Below, piece by piece: positions 56,951 to 64,000 of a DNA stretch of 64,000 bases (position 1 is the stretch's first letter; every line of letters starts with the position of its first letter). The DNA comes from Schmidtea polychroa. Lineage: Eukaryota. The position numbers and the translations under genes are program-made. The stretch lies in assembly GCA_044892525.1 (NCBI GenBank), contig CM097885.1, forward strand, positions 10,294,001 to 10,358,000. The letters are read 5' to 3'. The notes below the pieces were generated by a model. The model made no database searches, was not told the origin of the DNA, and saw only the letters and a list, made by a program, of their open reading frames with translations.

Positions 56951-59379
56951 ATTTGTCCTTATGTTTAAATAGTATGTACATTTTATTGCTTACCCTTGAA
57001 CAACTCAAAACATGAAATCTAGACGATAATAAGTCTGTTTATTGTTTACAGTCTTCATTTGTGCCCTTTCTAGAGACGAGTATTTGGTGCATCATTTATT
57101 AGAGGAAAGCCGATTTTCAGAAAATTTAAAATTAAAATCTGATATTTATGAGGAGTATTAAAATTAATAAAACATTTTAATTTTCTTAGATTTTCGATTA
57201 ACTCCTCAATAGTAGACTATATATAATAATGTTTTAAATTTTCATCAAAATCACTTGAAAAAGGATTTGCAGAAAATTCGTAAATATCTAAAAAAACATC
57301 TTTACTGATTCATATCATTTTTCAATTTATAATAAACAAATTTTAAAATTTTAAAATATTTTCATTAGAACTTTTTATTTTAAAAATCCATAAACTTTTT
57401 AAAAATTAATTAATTTAATAATTTAATATATTTAAAACAACAACAATCCGCACATTCCCATTTTACAAGCCAAACTATTTTAAAACATTCACAACTCAAG
57501 TGTTCACAGCAATTTGCAATTTAATTTACAGATCCAATCATTTTTTAATAAAATTTTAAAATCAGATAAGCCTATTTTTTCATACAGCTTTGATTGTACA
57601 TATATTTATAAATTACTGTTGAATTATTGACATCAATAGATCCGAAAAAGCATCACTTATACTTGTATCTATTACTTTAATATAATTTCTACTAATAGAA
57701 TCTCAAGTGCGAGTAATTACTTCAACTACTTTAATGCTTCTCTTTACTGCCCATCGAATCATTTCGCGATTTCTCTTAATGTTATTTAATTAGATTTTCC
57801 ATAAATTTTGACAAATTTTTATATTATTTTTGGAATTTAAATATTTTTATATATTATATATTAAATCGTGATTTATTAATTTATTATAATTAAATCAACC
57901 TCTTTCTAAATGGCAATTATTTAAATGTTTTTAGATAATTAAAAATATGCCATATGTCCTCGCAATTTAATTTAATTAGTTTTAGACATATTGATTTCAT
58001 GGACACCAAATTTATAGAATGGCATCAACTAAATCTGAAATTCGATTATCTCTTTTGAACTATAATCGGTTTGCTAAAAACAATATTAACAACCTTAATA
58101 CTATGTCTATTAAAACATCTAAGTAGAAAGTAAGCAATTTGGTGTTGATGTATTGCCTTGAGTGTACGTATGTCATAATACATAACAATGATAGCACATA
58201 AAATAACTATCATTATGTTATAAAGTCTCTATGAAGGTCATGAAGAAACGATAATTGGTTTTCCAAAAAATTATATTAACAACTCTAATTATTATTGACC
58301 TGCTTGATATTTTTTTCAAAACACACTATTTATAAACAAATCTGCTATCCACTTAGAAAATTTCAGCTTGTCATTATTTGTATATTATTCTTGCAGTACA
58401 GTTGTAATAACAAACGGATTTCAACATGAATTGTTTTGGAAATGTATTTCAAGTTTCCAATCATAAAAAGATCTTTTGATTCAGTTTTACATCAAAGCGA
58501 GACATTTGAAAAGTTTCCGAGTTACTTTTATATTTTCTCTATGATTTCTAAATGATTTGATTTTATTAATATGAAATATATAATTAATAAATGCTACTAG
58601 TAGGGTAATGTGTGGACCCGGGAACAAAGAACTATTATGTAATATATGATGTCACAAAGCAGATTATGTAATACCCCTACCCCCGTGGGGAGGGGGTGTT
58701 TTTTATAAAACATTTTTAAAAAAATTTTTTTTTTTAATTTAAAATTTTTTTTTAAATTACGTGACAAAGACATATTGCATAACAAAGGAAAAAATTTTTA
58801 ACAAAAATACATGACTCATCATACTTTTTAAATATATTACGTTGCGGTATTTTAAAATTTAATTATATTTTAATTATTAAATATATTACGTTGCGGTATT
58901 TTAAAATTTAAATATATTTTAAAAACCTATATTGACGGTTAAGTTGACAAAATAAAATTATTGCACATACTTCGCATTATCATATATAGTCTATCGGACA
59001 AGATATTCTGTTCCCCTATTGGTAATGGTCACAAAGGTAAAGGTACTGCTAAAACTTTAACATATTATTACACAATGTATAAAAAATATTATTAGTGTCC
59101 ACACATGGTCATGCAGCAAGTTAGTGTTCCCATCGATAGCTCATCTTAAAGTCTAGTGTAAGATCTATCTAATGATATATTATTATTATAATTGGTAAAG
59201 ATATTATTATTATTATATATAGTCCGAGTTTATCCGACAAAATATTCTCTCCCTTTATGGATAAAGGTCACAAAGGTAAATGTTACTGATGTACTGCTCA
59301 CAAAGGTACTGCTAAACATATTCAAGACAAAACTTTAACAAAGAAAATCTAAATATTATACTTTAAATATACACTCAAA

Positions 59380-59738
59380 CTAAAATTTGTTAACACATCC
59401 ACATTCATCATCTCCACATTTCATAACATTTTCAACAACATGATCTATACAATCGCTATATACACGTGGTTCAGTATCTGTAAATTCCTCCATTTGTTCA
59501 TCAATTTCTTGAATACTTTCCTCATCATCTTGAGTGTTTTCTTCATCAGTTTCATAAAATCCCGAATTTTCACTCTCTGCTACCCAGTCTATATTTAATG
59601 CATTTGTAACAGATAATATATACTCCATTTTCACACCAGATATTTCTGCCAATTTTTCCAATAAAAGGTTTATTACAAATTCTAAATATTAAATAATTCG
59701 ATAATTAATTAATCATATTAACCTTTTTCTGTAGTCAT
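59380..59738 (-). CDS. Small acidic protein, two exons (59738-59723, 59681-59380), function unknown
   Basis: ATG at 59738; a 41-nt GT..AG intron (59722-59682) restores the frame MTTEKEFVINLLLEKLAEI...CGDDECGCVNKF*. Confidence 0.5.
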
Positions 59739-59844
59739 TATTATTAGAATTTGAAAACTATAGTGTATATTTGTTTTTAGAAAATATAGAAAATAGGTGA
59801 AAACAAATATAACTAAATACTTTTATTAAATACAACAACAACAT

Positions 59845-60266
59845 TTAATAAAATATCTGTGAAAGTCTAGCAGACATAAGTTTCCAAATTGGAGAATACA
59901 CATCATTATTATCAACTTTATATCCTTGTATTGCAATTGTTATATACCAATTTTCGTTTTCTTTGAAGCTGATTTCATCAAAGGAATCATAAAACTTTAC
60001 ATATCGGTTGTTGAAAAATGCATGTTGATTACATGATAGATTCGTATTCAAACGTTTGAAAACCTCATCAATAGATTTAATATCTATCATTGAAAGTGTG
60101 CCAGATAAGAATTGAAATTGGGTAGGAATTAGCTTGATCGGTGACACCAATTTCATATTGATTTCTTCTTTTAAAAAATACATTTTGTAGTTGTGGAACA
60201 TTTGAACAGGTTGCACAAGTTCTGGAATACTTTTGGTTTTTCAGTGCTTGAAACTTTCTTTGTCAT
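59845..60266 (-). CDS. Unknown protein, ~140 aa, frameshift near the N-terminus
   Basis: TATAAAA at ~60307-60301, ATG at 60266, 123-aa open frame, AATAAA shortly after the stop. Confidence 0.45.
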
Positions 60267-60433
60267 CGTGAATTATGATTAAAATGAAATGGTACAGGGT
60301 TTTTATACCTATGACTATTGTTTATCATCCAATCAGATTGCTGCATGTCTTTGTTTTAATTGCAATGATATTGCATTGATATTGCATTGATATTGCATTG
60401 ACACATGCTTTATATTATTAAAATTATTATTAA

Positions 60434-60494
<61 letters not shown>

Positions 60495-60752
60495 ATTATT
60501 TCTATTACTAAAAAGACAAAACAAAAAATGGTTAAACATAAAAATTTATTTGGATAAAATTTGACAAAAATGATAATTACGAAGTGTCTTTACCAAAGAC
60601 CATTCGACATATCTCTGGTAGCGGAAATTACAACAGCTACATCCCAAAATGCAAGGGTATTCTACTTCTACTTCCTTCATTTTCCTTTATTATTATCATT
60701 ATTGTTATTATTATTTATTTATTATTATTATTTATATTATTATTATTATTTA

Positions 60753-60822
<70 letters not shown>

Positions 60823-61372
60823 GTTATTATTATTATATTAATGATCTTAGGTTTAGCATTACTCGGTTGATGAAATTCCGATACAATTCAACAAACAATA
60901 TTTAAATTCTTTTAATCAGTTATTTTATTATTGTAAAATAATTCATGGGGAAATATGTTTTCCTTATCTTTTAATCTTTCTTACATAAACAAAGCAAAAA
61001 TATTTGTTGGCCATTAAATTCAGGCCCATAACTGCTAGAAAGTGACTGCTATAAAATTGTCAATTATCAAGAAAACAATACAAGCATTTATAATTTTTGA
61101 ATTTTTCATTTTCAATTCATTTAAACAAATAAAATATATATTATTGTTAGAAGAATATATAAAGTAACAATATTAATTAAGATATTTCAAACCGGAGCAT
61201 ACAATTGTAATATTATTTCTGGTACTTCAATTACATAATCTAGAAAATGGACCATTATTAGTTTAAGCGATATTATTGACAAATTTCACATACATACTTA
61301 CAATTTTTTCTGGATGAGACAAAGAATTGTTTTGCTATGTATAATTTTTATTAAATTTTCTGTAAATTCCAG

Positions 61373-61583
61373 TGTCTCAATTCTTCTGAAGATTTCTCTT
61401 CCTATAACGAAGCCCTTGTATTGAATCGTCTGAAGCCAATCCAGTCGCCACTGTTGATAGATTTCAGTCAAACCATTGGCAATCCAACAACATTCCGAAT
61501 CATAAAATCCATACCAATGACAATAAAAATGAAAGAAAACCAATCAATTTTCACAAATATTGATCTGGTCTTTATCGGTACCG
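61373..61583 (+). CDS. Exon of the Sema-domain gene
   Basis: CAG acceptor in phase 0 with 55852; CLNSS...KPIQSPLL...DLVFIGT(G) matches the V.F(L/I)GT..G motif; GTAAGG donor. Confidence 0.75.
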
Positions 61584-61846
61584 GTAAGGATTTGATTTAT
61601 TGATTAATTAGTGAAATTATCAATTATTGATTGTGAGAATGACAGAAAATAATTAAATAATATATTAAATCAAATTAAATTAAAACATGAATGGAAATAA
61701 CTATTGATGTAACTATTATTTTTTGAGAAATTCATCGTGTTGTTTTATTAAATGAGACAACGGCAAAGTTTGAATGTAAATTGATATTATATCTTAACAT
61801 TGATTGAATATACGTTAATTAACATTTGTATTTGTCAAAATTTTCA

Positions 61847-61942
<96 letters not shown>

Positions 61943-62386
61943 ATTATTATTATTATTATTATTATTATTACTGTTATTATTACTATTGTGAGGCTGTAAA
62001 ATGTGAAAAGTATTAATGTTCAAATGATTACTAATATGACGCTCATTCAATTAAAGTGTTATTTTGTTTTAATAAACTAAAAAGTACATGTAAGGAATAA
62101 GTTAAATAAACCTAAACTTAATTAATTAACTAATTTAAATATTGTATATTAATTAATTTAGAATTTAATAAGTATGGTATGTAAATAATAATTGTATAGA
62201 TCATATTAATAATTCAAATGTAAGTATAATTATAATATAATTATATAATTTAAATTAATAGAATGATTGTAAAATGATCTTTTCTTGCTCCAGATATTAT
62301 TGGTGTAAAATAATCCTCTTGTTTGAATTTTGTGAATCAGAATAAATATTTGAAATTCGAATCTTTAATTAATTTAAATGGATACT

Positions 62387-62990
62387 GTGAGGTGTTTTCA
62401 GCTGAGAATTAAATATTTCAATATTTTATTAAGACAATTTTAAATGATAATTAATTGACTATTTGAAATAACTTTTAAAAACATTTTTAAATTGGATTTT
62501 TTAAATTGAAATTTTTAAATTTTTAAATTAAACAAGCTTTTATTAGTAAATCATTTTTAAATAAATATATTTTAAATATGTAGATTTTAATAAATGGTTT
62601 TTAAAATATTTTATTCAACGCTGAAAATTTGTTTGGAAATTATACAATATTTCATTAAAGAAATACTTGGAATTATGACGTTAACTTTGCACCGGATTTA
62701 AAAAATAATTTAGAAGATGTGTTAGCAGCTTCGAATAGATACAATTAATACTTGATTCACACAGTCTAGCAGTACATATCTGAGGGTTAATAATAACGTT
62801 GAGTTGTTGGAAAGTCTCATTTGTCACTGCATTTTTCACAGGCTTCACAAAAGGAGCAATATGACGAAACTTGTGAAAAATTGTATGTTGTGTTGGCTCA
62901 TTAACTGCCAATGCTAGCACATTTCTCTTATTGTTCAAACATTACAAAGATTGGGATTCATTCTACATATATGCAATCGGATAACAGGTA
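62387..62990 (-). repeat. Dispersed repeat also present at ~20032-20345
   Basis: ~310-350 bp of clear alignment between the two loci, sharing the same left end; class not identified. Confidence 0.7.
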
Positions 62991-63124
62991 AATATATTAA
63001 ATTGTTGAGTTAATATTACTATGTGGTAGGGAAAAGCTAACTTTTTATGTCCTCGATCAAAATAAGAAACTCAACACAATAAGTTTTATTTGCACTACAA
63101 AATCTGCACTACAAAAATTGTCCC

Positions 63125-63690
63125 TAAAGGAGACCGCCTCAAGTTGAACGAATCTGATATCGATTCTAAAGGAAATGTTAACTAACTTTCGCTTTCAGAT
63201 TAATCTTTCTTCCGCCGTTATTATGATTCGCAATGTTTTTCGCTCTTTTTACAGCGAAACGAATTTACAAGCAAATTGATACTGGTTGATACGGGCATTG
63301 ATACACAATTGGATACCAGTGGTACTATAACAAAGTTTGACGTTACTGGAATTCAGATGACCTTCTTTGAAACTTCTTATTAGGTGGCGTATCTGTATGG
63401 TAAGAGAAAATGCCACATAATAGCTGAGAATTTGGTAAAGACGTGCATTTAAAATAACAAGAATTGTATTCGGTTTTGAAGTACAAAGTAAAATTCAACA
63501 GATTCCTTTATCGAAACATCTGAATCAGTTCTCATTCAAGATCCCAATGTTAATATTTTACTTTAAGAAGCAGAAAATATCAAAGGCCATTCAAATTGAG
63601 AATTCAACTGGAAGAGTCGATTGGTGCGGATAATTGCGGTCATTTGTTGGTATTTGTGCGATGCATTAAAGAAAAGAAAAGTTGAAATAA
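63125..63690 (+). mobile_element. Highly decayed mariner-like transposase
   Basis: Faint motifs DRLKLNE, DSQCFSLF, LIHNWIP, WNSDDLL in mariner order; many stops. Confidence 0.3.
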
Positions 63691-64000
63691 TTTTCTTTTG
63701 TAACTCATTGCAATTGACGAAGAAAAGTTAAATATGAGCAGAAAGTAAACACGGTTCATACAATTTATATAGTAATACAAGTATTTGGACAATAAATTGC
63801 ATGCTAATTTTTAAATTTTAAAAGGAAATTGTGAATATTTGTGATGATAGTTATGAGGATTTCACATCATCAACCCTTCTTTATAAAAAAAGTTACAAAA
63901 ACATAAATTTATATATAAATTTAAAGTATTACTAATTTATAAAATTTTCTGTAAATTTTTACCCAAAAATAATTTACAGAGAAATTTTTTAAGCAAAATT

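Larger units (their letters stand above)
58599..60310 (-). mobile_element. Possible terminal segment of a Polinton/Maverick-like or viral element with two compact genes
   Basis: Starts AGTAG..., G/C tracts and ~35-bp direct repeats, then two closely packed minus-strand ORFs. Confidence 0.4.

Overview
Very AT-rich, repeat-dense eukaryotic (metazoan) DNA. The composition, (TTA)n/(TA)n microsatellites and transposon content resemble a planarian/flatworm genome, but that is inference only. The window opens with the 3' end of a histone H2B gene and its stem-loop. A spliced, divergent Sema-domain (semaphorin/plexin-like) gene runs on + from about 35.5 kb to beyond 61.6 kb. The rest is hAT, Tigger/pogo, piggyBac-like, mariner, LTR, Penelope and Polinton-like remnants, plus intronless gene fragments: two actin pieces and an in-frame Rab1/proteasome-alpha6 chimera. 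The most striking signal is a dispersed repeat with five copies, two of them head-to-tail with about 360 bp periodicity. It fuses a conserved upstream flank and the U1 snRNA 5' end (ATACTTACCTGGCG) to a GAAA-tetraloop hairpin and a type I hammerhead ribozyme, making it a candidate U1-headed retrozyme/SINE. All calls are by eye; no searches or folding programs were run.
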